This document shows, in pieces, positions 49,905-63,600 of a stretch of 64,000 nucleotides of DNA. The DNA lies in NCBI RefSeq assembly GCF_026571515.1, contig NW_026852809.1, forward strand, positions 1 through 64,000. The letters are read 5' to 3'. This DNA comes from Ruditapes philippinarum (lineage: Eukaryota). A program made the translations under genes and the position numbers. The first letter of the stretch is position 1, and each line of letters starts with the position of its first letter. The notes below the pieces were generated by a model. The model had not been told where the DNA came from. It saw only the letters and a program-made list of their open reading frames with translations, and did no database searches.

Positions 49905-51000
49905 CGAGGGATTATCCAAAAATTCGTGCATTTTCTTAATTGCGTAAAATATATTTGAGAGATGGTTTTGAAGTTCTTACACTGCTTAGAAGAATAAATA
50001 ACATAAAGAAAACACAAAATAGTTCATGTTAATAGCTTCTTATATGACTTCAATAATTAAGTTTACATAAACATGTGTCCGCGACAGCATTGTACTCCAA
50101 CTATGTATTGACGTCAACGTCGTGATAACGTACAACCCGTGCCTTACCGTAACGCAGTCAATGATTGTTACTGCTTCTCAAAAAATGTCCCCCGGCCTGC
50201 ACCCATCGTTCATGACGATGAATCAAACGCTGGTACACATCCGAAAATCATGCCTCATCTATCTGACATATACTACGCTGTTTAGCGTTCAGTAGATCGG
50301 CAATTAGACTGAAACCGGCGACCACGACCCGTAATTAGCGTGTAAAGAATTCAACTACCAATTAAATGTAAACAAAAATGTTGCTATTATTTATCATCTA
50401 ATTGTTTTAGAATGCGCAACTACATTTATGTTCCATTACTGCAATCGGTCGCCATGGTTAGACGTCATCTGTATCAAGGCACGTTTTGACGACGTCAATC
50501 ATGCCCGCGTTGATATTTGTATATCGTCCGCATCTTTTATCGTCCTTTACGTTCTCCCGTCCACCATTAAATCTTTTATGTCATTTTAAACACTTATGAT
50601 CGCCTGCTATTTTTTTCGTTTTTGTATGCAAAAATTACAAATTACAACAAAACTTAATAATCGCGCGAATTTCTAATGAAAATGACGTCAACAATTTAAA
50701 AAATCACTAAAATGACGTCATGGAAGAAACATGCGATGTTAAGCGGCTTTCCTATGTTAATTATTAGTTCAAAATTAGCACACAAAAAACCGATGACTTA
50801 CTGCGCTTGTCTACCATGTGTCAGATGTCGTGTATGTGCCTCTTTAAAAGCGATACAAAATCATTTTATTGTCGCAGTTAACTGTTCCTTTCAAAATGTG
50901 TGATTATTGTCTACAAAGTATGCTGATAACATTTTATTTCAATACACGTTGTCGTTCAAGAGATATTTAAAAAATTCATAAATTTTTGGATAACCTCTCG
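49905..51000. mobile_element. Tc1/mariner-type MITE (1.1 kb)
   Basis: TA|CGAGGGATTATCCAAAAATTCGTGCATTTT ... AAAATTCATAAATTTTTGGATAACCTCTCG|TA; no transposase. Confidence 0.85.
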
Positions 51001-51838
51001 TACATCATTTGTGTAGTAAAGGAAAATTATATTCAGTATTATAGTGTAACTTTGATGCCCAGAGCTCAAATACTTGGCATGTAATTTTACACAAAACATA
51101 TATCTAATATATATAAATATATCTTTAATTTAACGCTTACTGTAAAATGTGCACCAACCTGGGTTCACTTTACTTATGTCCGATATAAGAACATATAACT
51201 TAAGACGGTGACTTATTAGGTAAATTTTATTCTTATATAGTTTTAACAATAAGGAATATATATTTTGTATGTTACATTTATCATGCTTCTTTGAACAAAT
51301 TTCACAATGTATTTATTGTAATTTAAGAAATATATATCTAAATGTCTAAACAGACAAAAGAAAACAGTCAAGCAATTGGCCATTGATTATTGATAAAACT
51401 GTATTGTTTTTTTTTTAATCGTAATCTAAAGTAACATCCTATCATTTAAGCAAAGATATAATCATCCTTTTCATTTTGAATTATTTCTAATTAAATTGTA
51501 AAGTTTAAAACGAACAGCAGACAGAATTCAAAATATTGAAAGAAGAATATGATTTGATTTCGAAAATCTACTATCCGTTTGTGCAGGACGGAACTCGTAT
51601 ATTAAAGATATATTGAATAATATGTGAGATATAATGTCGATTTATCTATGATTTTAAAGTTATCATTTTTATAATCAAATATGAGCTCGATACAATGAAA
51701 TCCTCTTTATAATTATGACACAGTGCAAAGTAAAGTTATATTAAATGGATATCGCACCATTTGACTACATAAAACATGTGTGTAACTACTTAATCGGAAA
51801 CGTTCGCAGTGTGACCACGAAAACAAATTGTGTATGGC

Positions 51839-52215
51839 TTACATATTCCAGAACGCATTCCACACTCTTGTAACCATCCACTGTTGCTGTCTCTCTTCTT
51901 TTTCCTTTTTTAAACGCGCGGCTTCCTCACGAGCGTTGTCTTGTTCCTTTCTATAGCGTGCAGCTTCTTTTTCTGCAGCTTCTTGTTCAAGTTTGTAGCG
52001 TTCGACTTCCCTTTGTGCTGCTTCTTTTTCCAACCTATCTTTCAAAAATGCTTCATACTTTTCTTCATCTACTGCTTGCTGTTCACGACGATCTTTATCT
52101 AGCTTTTTGTAATGATCTTCTAAGTATTTCATCTGTTTTTCTGACTCATCTTCTTGAGCTTTTTGTCGTTGCTTCCATAATATGTCAAGTTTTTCTTGGT
52201 TTTGCTTTTGCTCGG
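51839..52215 (-). CDS. GBP: GBP terminal exon, coiled coil plus Trp-rich tail
   Basis: cctttcag|(A)[18 protein letters not shown]...[17 protein letters not shown]. Confidence 0.9.
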
Positions 52216-55200
52216 CTGAAAGGGGAATTAATAATTGTGAATGCTATACCGAAAGTTATGCTTATCGAAGCATTTTATTTGACTCATATTTTATAAATAA
52301 CAAATATCTTTAAGAGTGTACAACCATTTTTCAATATGGTTAGCTCTAAACACTATTTTTATCATTTACTGTCATTCTTTAAGAATCTGGACCATATCTA
52401 AAGTACACTACGGGTGGAAAATGAAGCAGAGAGGTGATTGGTACAGATAGTTTGATGCTTAGTGAGTCAGTATCATTTTCATATTTGACTATCAAACAGT
52501 TAATCAAACTTTTTTTCATTGGATAATTTTAATACTATATAAAGGCAATTAACAAATACCTTCTTTCTCTTTCTGTGAGATGTTTTTATCAGCTTCAATT
52601 ATTTTTTCTTCAGGTTTGGTCATACTTTCTACAAATCTGTACCATGTAGATAAAATCTATGAAAAGAATGAATAGTTCTTAACCATATGAATACTTTAAG
52701 ATTTCTTTGAAAATTGCAAAAAGACACAAGTCTATTCTAGGAAGCACATAAAACAAGAGAATTATAATGCCAAGAGATCACTCATATTTATTGCTAGAAA
52801 AATAATATTGCAAGGCAAGAACGACATTCACTTATTTAAAGATAAAAGCCTTGAAAATAGGACCACAACTGACACTTTTATAGGATGTCTAAAAGGCAAT
52901 GCTGCTTGTTAAAAAAACTATTTTTACACAAGAATAGTCAAGTGTGGTGGCCTTATAACGTTTATATATTAAACTAATTGGCCCATTGGAGTGTTTAAAG
53001 TCGGTTATGCTATATTTCAAATATCTAACATTAGGGCATTGATGCACATACGTGTGACGAGACCTACTGGACAATGCTACATACAAAATATATTTGCTTC
53101 TGACTATGTGCATTTTTATAATTGAGTACTCAAATAAAATAAATGTCCAATATAAGTTTATATTCAACACGGTGAATCAAGAGGCTATGTGCACTATGTA
53201 ATGCTACGATCCAAATATCTAAGTTCTGGTCATTATAGCTTCTGAAAAGAGTCTTTTTTAAAACAAATTATTGTCAGTCAGCTGATATTACCTACAACTA
53301 ATGGAAGCAATATTTGTTTTTCAAAACGACTCCTGGATAGAATTTCATGTTAAGTTTAGCGCGAGTCTTTTTGTGTTGAATATATGGTGAATAGCAATAC
53401 ACAATGATCATCATACTATCTGTTCAAAAGGGCACATCTGTGCATTTTGCACTTAGATATGCTAAAACGATTTTTATCACATGTATCTTTTGAAAATATA
53501 AATTGTGCGTTTAAATATAAATGCATTCTAAATCTGGGCGAATTATGATAACCGTTTTCTGAATCCCGGTAGCAGCAATCATTTTCAGTAAAACCTATTA
53601 AAAGAAAGAAATTAAAGAAATATAGAAATACAATATCAAAATATTTGTAAACCTCGTTCTCCTTGAAGTCTTTGAGAATACTGAAATATTTATCTTTTGC
53701 TTTCTCAACATCACGCTTATATATTTCATGACCACCTGCTGTTTCATAATCTCGATTTTCTAGACTCTTTTCAAGGTATTTGACAAACAAATTTTGCATT
53801 GTATTCTCACATTTTTCTCGAACTTTTTGCTCATTAGTTGATTTTATCTCGTACCAAATTGCATCCATTTTCCTCTGAAAAGAAATCAAAATTTGTTTAT
53901 TTCTAGTTGGATTTTAGTCACACCGAGACTGTAAAGGTTTTTGGTGATAGAAGACCTCAAGTGTCACTATATAAAATTATTTTAGACACAAAAGGGCACC
54001 TAAGTAGAAACCACATACCTTTCATAACTTAGCTGGATATCTTTCTCACATGACATAATCCAAAGTCCATGACGGAAAAGGAACCACAAGCGATAACAGC
54101 CAAATGATATGGAACCGGCGATTTTTATCACTCAATCACGGACTCAACTAATCAAGTTAAACGTTATTATTATTGTTATTTCTATTATTATTATTATTAT
54201 TATTATTATTATCCATCATGACAAGTCGTCAAGTATTATGCCTAGTTAATTGAAAATCCAGCCATAAATGATATGATTTATGACCATCAATGTACCCTTG
54301 TGACATTGTACTCTAAAATACTCAAGTGGCCTTTTAAAGTACAATATTATTCAACACAGCATTGACTTATTTCAAATGCCCATCATATCCCAGAAATATT
54401 TCTATTTTTTGGTTCTCAACTCTTTATAATTTTGTGTCTGATGTAGTTTTCAATGTGTTACTCATTTGCCGATGACCTGAACCATCTCCACTTCTGCTGC
54501 TTTTTGGCAATTAGTCAAGTTACATTAATTAAATATAAAATATTAAAATGCAACTTTTGTTTATATCATGCTACTTTTGTGACACATTATTTCACTTTTA
54601 GAGCTACTTTCTCCAGGTGATAAGCATTGGACATGGATTTAAACCATTATGTACATGTAATCAAACTTATGTTCATGTTTGCACTTTTTTAAAACATAAA
54701 ACATATGGAATAAATATAATTTTCAATGCACTTTCATATTATGACTTTAGACATTCAAGTTTGACCTTGACCATAAGGCTTCTAAACTTGTTTACATTAT
54801 GTCATCTAAAAAAGCATCTATTCTGAACTATGCACCATAGAATGACTTCCTTCTATATTTACAAATGGATCCTTTACGCATGGAAAATATTAAACTTGTG
54901 CAAAACAAAAATAACCCACAATGCATTGAGCCTTTAGCATGTAAGACTTTTATATGCTTGTAGTCAAAATACTATAATGAAATCAAGAACTTACCAGCCG
55001 AATCAAGATACTGCAGAACCAATACTTTTAATAAATTCCCGACAAAATGACTAGACTTTGGATGGAAACTAAAGTATTCCCTTACATGACATAGACCTCG
55101 TTTATAGTCTCTTACCTGAGCTTGAAATAGACATTTTGCTTGAAAATCATTAACAACATTCTGTCGAACATAATCAAGAGCTTTCGTTTGTGCGCTTGTG

Positions 55201-58200
55201 TAACGTTTCCCCAAATCGCTTTCAGAGACTGGCAGCATTACTTTTTTCATTTCATTTTCAAACAAATCTAGAGCCTCTTTTTCAATTTTAGCATTTTCTA
55301 TTTTCGCTACAGCTGTAAATGCGTCATCGACATCTGGAACATCACCGTCTTTGATTGCTTTGACGTATTGGTCAGCCAATGTTACGAACACTTTAAAACG
55401 GACAAAAGATCGTTTCAGGTAAAGGATAGTTCTAAAAATGATAAAGAACTCTAAATCTAGGTAAAGGATGAATATAATGTGGTGCAAAAAAAGAACTCCT
55501 CTGAATGCATAAAAGAATAATGAGGTCTGAGTAAAAATTCTAAGCTCGTATCTAATGGAAGAGGAAATTCAGGGGAATCTTTAGAAGAAACAATTTCCTA
55601 TACTGAAAAATACAATCAAAATTTTGGAATCGATTATGAGGTAATAATGAGACTACCGAAATTTGTTCCAAATTTAGGCATCTCATGTTCATTGAAAATA
55701 GTTAACTTCTAATAGGCTTGCGACATCATGTCCACTAAATAATCTGTGATGAAAGATATGTAGGTAACTAATAGTCGAACTACATACATTCCTCAAACAC
55801 ATTTTTGAATTAAAGTAATGATGGGGATTTACCGTGTTGGACAGTCTGTGATTAAACAAAAACATTTAAATACAATATAAAGCGACGCCAAAAATGTTGC
55901 TATGTATGTATGTCAAGATTTAATTACATACTTTCAATAGTTATGGTAATTTATTACTTACTTTGTCCATTTATTGGTTTACTTGCAAGCAATTTCTTCG
56001 GTGGTATTTTGTATATATAGGATGTAAATCGATTAGTTACTTCCTTGAATCTTGTAGATAACTGGTAAAAACTCAACGTTTCAAGATTCTCAAGAACTTC
56101 ACCATCACCCGGAACTGGAAAAGCAAAGCACTGGCGTCTCGAAAAGTATTTTCTGATGCATGCTCTTGGTTTGTTGAACTGGTCTGCTTTGCTTTTTTTC
56201 TCCGCTAAACTTTGCTCAAGATAATCGTTTTCTGTTATCTTTTTTCCATCCTTTATCAATTTAAGACTGAAATCTCTCAAACAGAGAACGAAGTCAGGAA
56301 GTATTAGATTGATCGATTGGTTATCCTCAGACGATTGTCCACGAAATCTTATATTACTTGCCATTTCTGTTACAAATCTAGTATTTTAGTTAAGTTGTTA
56401 CATACATAAGTATAATATTTTTAAAAGATAATCTTAAACAGAATGACGTTTCTTAAAACGTATTCGTAGATTAAATCTGTTTGTTTATTTGCTTTGTTTA
56501 TTTTATTTATTTACATTTATTTATATTGCTTCGTTATCTCTGAGCAATGATTTAATAAAGCGCAAGATATAATTAATTCTGCAGTGTAAAAAAATCATAA
56601 TTATTCCACCATCAGTATACAATTACGATAGAATTACCAAAGAACAACTAAACTGACTGACTTGAAACACTCTCACTCAACACTGGTCTAACACCCTTAT
56701 ATATAACTAAATTAATCCAGCTAAACATGAAAATCTAGTTAATCAATAAAGTTATAAAAAGTCAATGTTTCCAATCAAAATTCGATACATATTTATTTAC
56801 TACATATATGATGCAATAGAAATATCATTTATTCTTTTGTAACGAATTAAATGACATGTGTTTAGGTATTGAAAATTTATGGAAATTGTCAGTGAATTCG
56901 GACAATCACTGAACCGGATAAGAGTAAACAACAATTGACAAATGCTGGTACGAATAATTTAATAATGTCTCAGCTTTTTGTTTAATATACCCTTGAAGAT
57001 AAAATATTTTTGCTTCTTTATTCATTTCTATTTATCTATTTTTGTATTGACATGTTTAATAAACAGATGATTCTTATTGAACGATAAGAGATTGTAAAAA
57101 TTAAATATTAATATTGTAATTTCAAATGCATTTCCGTTTTCTTTCCTTAAACTATTCTGCCAATAACATGAACAAACATGTAAAAAAAAACTTCTTATCC
57201 GGAAACCTTTCTAATCCGAACTTTTCTTCTGGTCCGGACGAGTTTGGATTAGACAGGTTCCATTGTATATAGTTATCTCTTTTTTTTGAAGATTATTGAA
57301 AGAAAAACGTCATTTGTATCTTGTTTTATTTGAATACAAAAGCATCAGAATAAAGGACACTGGACGAAATGATTAAGGTTCTTGATATAAGTATGTTTTT
57401 CTTGGCATAATACGTGTCGTTAACACATTTGAGGACAATTTTAAAGAACTTGAGAGTAAGTGTTTTAGGTTTTACGTCACATCGATAATGTAACGTCCAT
57501 TCGGTGACATTCCAGCTTTTTTATAGACGAAGTCCTCATTTGTCCCTTTATTATGTCAGATATTTAACCACCGACCTTCCGTAATGTACCTTGACAGTTT
57601 CCATACATGACCAAAAGCTAACGTCCATAACCAGTAGCCATGTAATAAGGGTCGCCCACTTGATCCCGATAAGGAATGGAATTACAGTAAAAACGCAATA
57701 TGAGAAATTTAAGAAATTAGATTTTAAAAAAATCATCGCCCGTTACCCACGGTATATATTGTGTACATACTACGTTATATATATATTCCGTATGCATACT
57801 ACACTATCTAGATAATGTTGTATATACGGAATATAAACCGAAGGTAACCGACATTGCTCGAAAGTAATCATTGTCATAGAACAGACAAAACATGCTAACT
57901 TTTAAATTATTGATATATTATTATATCATATGCTTACAGAGGGACACAAAACACATTCTGACTTAATGTAAGTAATAATCGATGTTTTGATGGAACTTAA
58001 TTGTTATCTCTAAAAATTCGTGTATATTTGTTTTTAATCTAATCATGAATAATCATAGCATAGATAGTATTCTATATTGATTAAAATTGAATTTTTATTC
58101 TAGAAACCAAGAACTTATACCCCTGTTTTATAAAACATTCGCATACCAATGTAACAGTCATGTTAGTTAAAATAAAAAGGATACGTGAGTTTAGAGACGG

Positions 58201-59379
58201 CATCGTTATCAAAAGCGCCCTTCATGTTGTAAACTAAACAGTTGGAAAGGAGTGTCGCTAGGGTAAAAATCTTGTTGTCATGACTGGGGTCACCCTGTCA
58301 AATACCATTATAAGTAATTGACTTTAAAACAAGTTCTAAAATACATGAGTGATAAGCTTGTAATTAGTTTGTACAATAACTTATATTGATTACGTAATAT
58401 TGTTTTGTAACATTTTACCGTAATATCATTTTGAATTAACTATTCATACCTTGTCAACATCACCAAGTCCTTCGGTATCAAGAAGCAGCAAAACAGTGTT
58501 CGACATTTTGGGATGTATTTTACACCATGCCCAAATGCCCTTGGTTTTTGATTCAATTGTATCTCCCAGCGCAAAACCTAAATCAGCATTAACAAAAAAA
58601 ACAGAACTTTAACTTACATTTCGTTGATTGGCATAACGATAAGTAACAGTTTAAATACGATGTAACATTATCATATGTCATTTCAATTAATTTGTAATAA
58701 TAATAAAATACGCAAATAATTTGATTAAGATAACATTACGCTGACATACTCTGTTAATTACCTTTGCTGGACTCCGCCAGACGATTCATTAGATACGATT
58801 TTCCAGTTCTGTACAAACCTGCGACGGCTACAACAACCATTGGCCAATCAATCTTTGCTATTTGATCAAATGCATTTTCCTGGCTCTCTAAAAGTATTTT
58901 AGTTTCTTCTCCTTTTTCGTTTGTTTCACTTATGGCGCTGATCAAGCACATGGGATATTGGAAAATTTCCAAATCATTTGGAGACCACCTGCTGCAATTT
59001 TTATCACCAATTGTTCTAAATGATTCAGCAAATGATTTTTTTTTTTGTTCTTATATTATAAAATTGACTGGAATGTTAAAATTTCTTTTCAATATATGCT
59101 CCACGACATATAAGATCAACGGGAAACAGTGGATAGCACCGCTGATACAAATTACAATCCAAACATCACAAACACATCAACAGAAGACAAAACATGTAAT
59201 ACTTGGTCGTCGCCTCGCAGACATATGAGTTCTTTAAAACAAAAAGCAAACAAAGCATTTTAACGACATTGGCGAAGGGAATGGCAAACATCTGGATGTA
59301 TTTTAAATGCGGCTTCCAATAATACACATATCTATAAAAAAAAAACTTACCGGCTTTGACTGACAGACACGTTTACCAT
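51839..59379 (-). CDS. GBP: Guanylate-binding protein (GBP/atlastin-family large GTPase), spliced gene, ~626 aa in the preferred model
   Basis: Exons joined in consistent phase: (59379-59351, tentative), (58988?)-58762, 58577-58450, 58294-58185, 56377-55962, 55390-55116, 53874-53653, 52656-52560, 52215-51839 (stop); 1881 nt in total. Motifs: PMCLI, G1 [15 protein letters not shown]2 SKTKGIW, G3 [10 protein letters not shown]4 LRDF, then a helical domain and an E/K/R-rich coiled coil. All internal junctions are GT-AG. The N-terminal exon structure is uncertain. Confidence 0.93.
52560..52656 (-). CDS. GBP: GBP exon
   Basis: ttcatag|[32 protein letters not shown]|gtatt; phase fits both neighbours. 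Confidence 0.88.
53653..53874 (-). CDS. GBP: GBP helical-domain exon
   Basis: tttcag|[15 protein letters not shown]...[13 protein letters not shown]...KENE|gttt; 222 nt, phase 0/0. Confidence 0.9.
53915..54145 (-). mobile_element. Degenerate Meta-domain SINE in GBP intron
   Basis: GGGCACCTAAGTAGAAACCAC..ACCTTTCATAAC.TAGCTGGAT..CTTTCTCACATGA motif. Confidence 0.55.
54164..54211. repeat. (TAT)n microsatellite
   Basis: Directly visible. Confidence 0.9.
55116..55390 (-). CDS. GBP: GBP helical-domain exon
   Basis: ttttaaag|(M)[32 protein letters not shown]...FQAQ|gtaag. Confidence 0.93.
55962..56377 (-). CDS. GBP: GBP exon (G4 LRDF)
   Basis: [10 protein letters not shown]...[13 protein letters not shown]...[23 protein letters not shown]...PINGQ; donor GTAAGT. 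Confidence 0.95.
56378..58184 (-). other. U12-type (minor spliceosome) GT-AG intron in GBP
   Basis: 5' splice site GTATCCTTTT; branch-like AACTTAAC about 10 nt before the TAG acceptor; no polypyrimidine tract; the splice keeps the frame (KLT|FVTEM). Confidence 0.88.
57462..57585 (-). mobile_element. Meta-domain SINE 3' fragment in GBP intron
   Basis: GGTTTTACGTCACATCGA...TTCCAGCTTT...AACCACCGACCTTCCGTAA. Confidence 0.5.
58185..58294 (-). CDS. GBP: GBP exon preceding U12 intron
   Basis: gacag|[36 protein letters not shown](T)|GTATCCTT. Confidence 0.95.
58450..58577 (-). CDS. GBP: GBP exon (switch I / DTEG)
   Basis: tttag|GT TTT GCG...; translates [43 protein letters not shown]|gtatga. Confidence 0.95.
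58762..58988 (-). CDS. GBP: GBP exon with P-loop
   Basis: Translates to ...QYPMCLISA...[25 protein letters not shown]; donor G|GTAATT at 58761. Acceptor uncertain (58988, 59015 or further upstream). Confidence 0.9.
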
Positions 59380-59977
59380 TTTTTCCCGTAATTCGTTGTC
59401 GCATCCATTGCCGGAACTGAAATATTTGACGTAAATTTGACATATTCGATATTAGTTTAAATTGAAACATTTGCTTTTGTTGTGTTATTGAATGGTACAC
59501 TTTCTTGCAAGCGATTTGATTGACAATAAAAACAGCAACAGAGGACCAAGAAATACGCGAACTTAGCAGAACATCTCAAATGTTTTATATGTGTATAGAA
59601 AATGATGTATTATCCTATTGTTGCCCTGTCATGGAAATGTCAAAAGTAGGCCAAAACAATTTACAAACAATATCATAATTACGTACTTCTTATCCAACTT
59701 GTCTATTTTTCTTGGTAATATGCTTTGAGAGGACCCATCATCAAGCCTTGTACCTGAAGCTAAAACTAAATATGTTAAAATTGACAATAGATTTTTTTTT
59801 ATTCAAAGTTATTTAGATGACTTGTTTGGTATTTCATTTTAAACGTGCACACGGATTTTTATCACTAATAAAAAAAACTATATACAGAAATAACTGTTAT
59901 GAAATGATTTTAACTGAATACTGAATAATATTCCGAGAAATTTGAAGTTTAGATCAAAATTTCGAAAAATAAATGTA

Positions 59978-60632
59978 AAACAAGATATATTTGTTAAACA
60001 TGTATGCCCCCTATCGGCAGCCACTAAGTTATGTGGTCAGGTTATTATGAATAACTTTTAACCTAGTGACCAAAAAAATCAATAAGGGTTATCTACTGGT
60101 CATGACTAGTCACTAGGTAATTGTGACCGTTAATTTTGTGTAGCAATTTTATGACAAAGTTATCACAAATCTTACCAAATAATATATGCATAAATTGTAT
60201 GAATCATGTGGGCGAACAGCTCATGGCTTGTCAAGTTATTGATCAGAAAAGGTTTTACGTACAAGGGCAATATGACCTTGACCTTTGAACCCTGATACAA
60301 AAATAAAGTGGGGTCATCTACTGCCTAACTCTAATGCACCTACGAAGTCTGAGGGCAAACATCCCAGGGCGTGTTAAGTTATTGATCGGAAACCATTTTT
60401 ATCTTCATGGTCAATTTGACCTTGACCCTTTGACCCCCCGCCCCCCAAATTTTCCCGGGGGCAATTAACTTTTTCATGAACAATATAACCAAGTTTTTAA
60501 GGGTTTTTCTTACGGGGCCCAAGCTTTATTTAAATTACTAAAGGGAAAAAGGGTTTTTATTTTAAACCGGACCGACCCAGAGGACGACAGCAAAACAATA
60601 ACTCTTTACTTTTTTAAAAGGGGGGCATGAAA
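59978..60632 (-). mobile_element. Degenerate HINE-like element
   Basis: AAACAAGA...TATGCCCCC start, GACCTTGACCTTTGA repeats, GGGGGGCAT end. Confidence 0.65.
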
Positions 60633-63600
60633 AAAGATAATTTTTTTTACAAAAACTGTTAAAAAGTTTTTTTTGGGATAAGTGATTGGGTTTGTTTCCC
60701 AAAACGGGCAGGGGAAAATGTTAAGTAATCAGAGAAATATTATTTTGGTTTTTTTATAAGATAGAAAATACAAAATAAAATGAATCAAAATTGCGAAATA
60801 AAATTTGTAAAGCATTTTCATAATTTAATACAAAAAAATTTTTATTAAATTTGAAAAAGGGTTGCACAGGATATGGGGTTTTGGTTGTTACAAATTAAAG
60901 TAGCAACCTGATTGGTGTTGATGATTAGTTTCTTTTCTTTGAAATTCCTGTTTTCTTTTGTGGCGGTATTTAAAAAATCTTTGAAAATTTATGCAAGATA
61001 AAATGTCACAAAAATGTTAATAAGTAAAATAATATTATTTTTTGAAAACTGTTATGTAAAACAGAGAAATAGAAAAGAGGCATCGGGGGAGAACACGAAG
61101 GCTATCTGCTTTTGTACAATGGGCGTAAAATTTATTAATAGTAACATAATATCATTTTTTGGACAAACTGGGTTAAGTTACACAAGTAATAGAAAAAGCT
61201 AATTGATAAACGAGGCTCTCTGATTTGTACGAGGGGGCGTAGCCCCCCAAGTATAAAATCGGATTGCCGAGTTTGGTTTGGTGTTCTTTTTTCTTTTGTT
61301 ATCAATAGTCCAAACATAAAAAAAAAAACACATTCCCTGTTTGTCACAATATGAAACCCATTAAAAAAAGCAACCAAATGAACTAGGATCTGAAATAGAT
61401 AATTTCTATCGCATACCTTTTTCTGTGCACAATAAGTAAACCCACAAAAACGGAGTTAGTAATGGGCACATGTTGTGGAGTGCGGGTAACTGATACCCCT
61501 ACAACTCAGTAAACGCAACTGTGCTTGTAATTACTGTTATAACGATTTTAAACTCCATTTAACACATTTTCCCAACAGAAAAGGTCCCCAAAGACTATAA
61601 TGATACACATAATTTTAATTTAACCCACTTTCTTTTAATATTAAATTAATGCTTGGTAGAAAATAGTATGACTTCAAGACATTCATATAGACTCTTTTCA
61701 ATAAATGGGCTTTAATTTGAAGTAAACCATGATGTAAGTTTCAGTGCTGTGTCGCTTTTTTTTCCATACTTTGGAAAAACTTTTAATTTTTTGACACTGG
61801 AGTGTCCATGTTTTTGCCTTTTAATCAGAGAAATTTCGGCTGGGGTTTTTTAATCCATTTTCGAAAATCTAAAAAAAATATAATTTGGGAAAATATTTTT
61901 AATTTTTTAAATGAAATGGGTTGCAATCCGATCGGCCGTTTTGGGGAAACTATTATCCGTTCCAAAAAGTCACGGCTGTTCATATACGCGCTCCTTCATA
62001 ATGCCCCCCCCGCTGTTGGCGATGTCCAGAACGGAGAGTTACCAAATTTTAATATGTAATACAAGCGTCAAATAGCTGCAAATGAATGCTGTAACACCAC
62101 AGCTTACACTGCATACTATGTAAAACTTGAAGTAAAAAGCGAAGCCTTACGAAACGGAAATTCCATTAAATCCTTATTAGTACTCGTTTGATACTGTGAC
62201 AGGGCAGGTAATATAACGCTTAACGCAATGTCGTTTACCCCATTTACACAACTGCACATGCTGATCAACATTCCTGTAAAGTTTCATGACTCTATGTCAA
62301 AAACTTGTTGAGCTATGTGTGACGAATGGCATCAAAGAGAAAGAACAGTTACCTATTGTCCATCTAGCCACATTATTACTGTCTCGTTAGAGCTGATTGA
62401 CAGACGGACAAGGGTAAATCTAAAAGTGGGTGCACAATAAACTCAATGTCCGAGATTAGGTGCCATGTTTAAATACTTTTGCGCAAGTTTTAAACAAATC
62501 CCCTCCTTCAAATAAAAACCACATTTATAGATATTATTTTGAACAGCAAATAGAAATCAAATAGTAGCATGTTGACAGTCCTGCAGACTTTATACTTACA
62601 TTAACGCTCAGAATTACCTTGCATAATTAGAAGCAAACAATGAATCGTAATGTCGTATTTCAGTGCCTTTGATATTTGTCTTACATAAAAGGTCCATGTG
62701 GCATTAATGATGAAACCTCATTCTTGCAAAGCATGACCATAAAGACACTGTGGTTATATCAAGGCATATTTTCTATAAATCCTGTCTGTTTTACGGTAGG
62801 GAAATGTTTGAAGGTCCATCACCGATTTCGTACAAAGGCACGCCAATTAGCTCCCTAAAACATCATTGATTAAGGAGTTGAATACAATTTTTCAAAATAT
62901 AATGCCTATGAATGTGATGAATATACATTGCTAAATGATGTTTAAATGAGGTAATTGTTTACTTTAAATTAAGGCTGAAAGGAATTTACACTTTCATTTC
63001 TTATCAATAATTTGTCTCTTTAGAAAATCACGAAGATCTTTGAGACGATATGGATGTCGCTTATTGTCTAAGTTTACACTTATCACTTATAATGTGCAAT
63101 TCAGACAATAAACGTATTGGAATCGAACGAAACTACTCTTTCGAAATCTGATAAAATAAAGAAGGATTTTAGTTTTTATTGATCTTGAGATTATGTAGTT
63201 TTAATGACCATGACCTAAAATCAGCACTTATCATCGGTCGCAAGTGCGAACACATTTTATTTGAATTGTCCTTTGATAATGGATAAACAAGGTTTGAAGT
63301 TTATTGACATTGGCATTTGATTTCCAATTGAAGGAAAGACCATATGTATGACTTATTAGGCAACACAATATTGAGTTAAACAATGCAAAAGCGTGACTAA
63401 ATTACAAAATCTAAGGATTTTAAATTCAAATAAAAATTGATTCCCAGGCCTTTGGAAATATCAGTGAAAGTATATTGTTGTTAAACAAAGAACGAATGAG
63501 ATATCTAACTTATGTCATCTCATGTCATTTACAATAACAGATTTAACAGTGAAAGTCTTTGTACCAAATTCCACTGGTAGAGGATGAAGACTTTAGACCT

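Noticed and set aside
51958-52296. Plus-strand 112-aa ORF
   Set aside because: Antisense shadow of the GBP coiled-coil exon.
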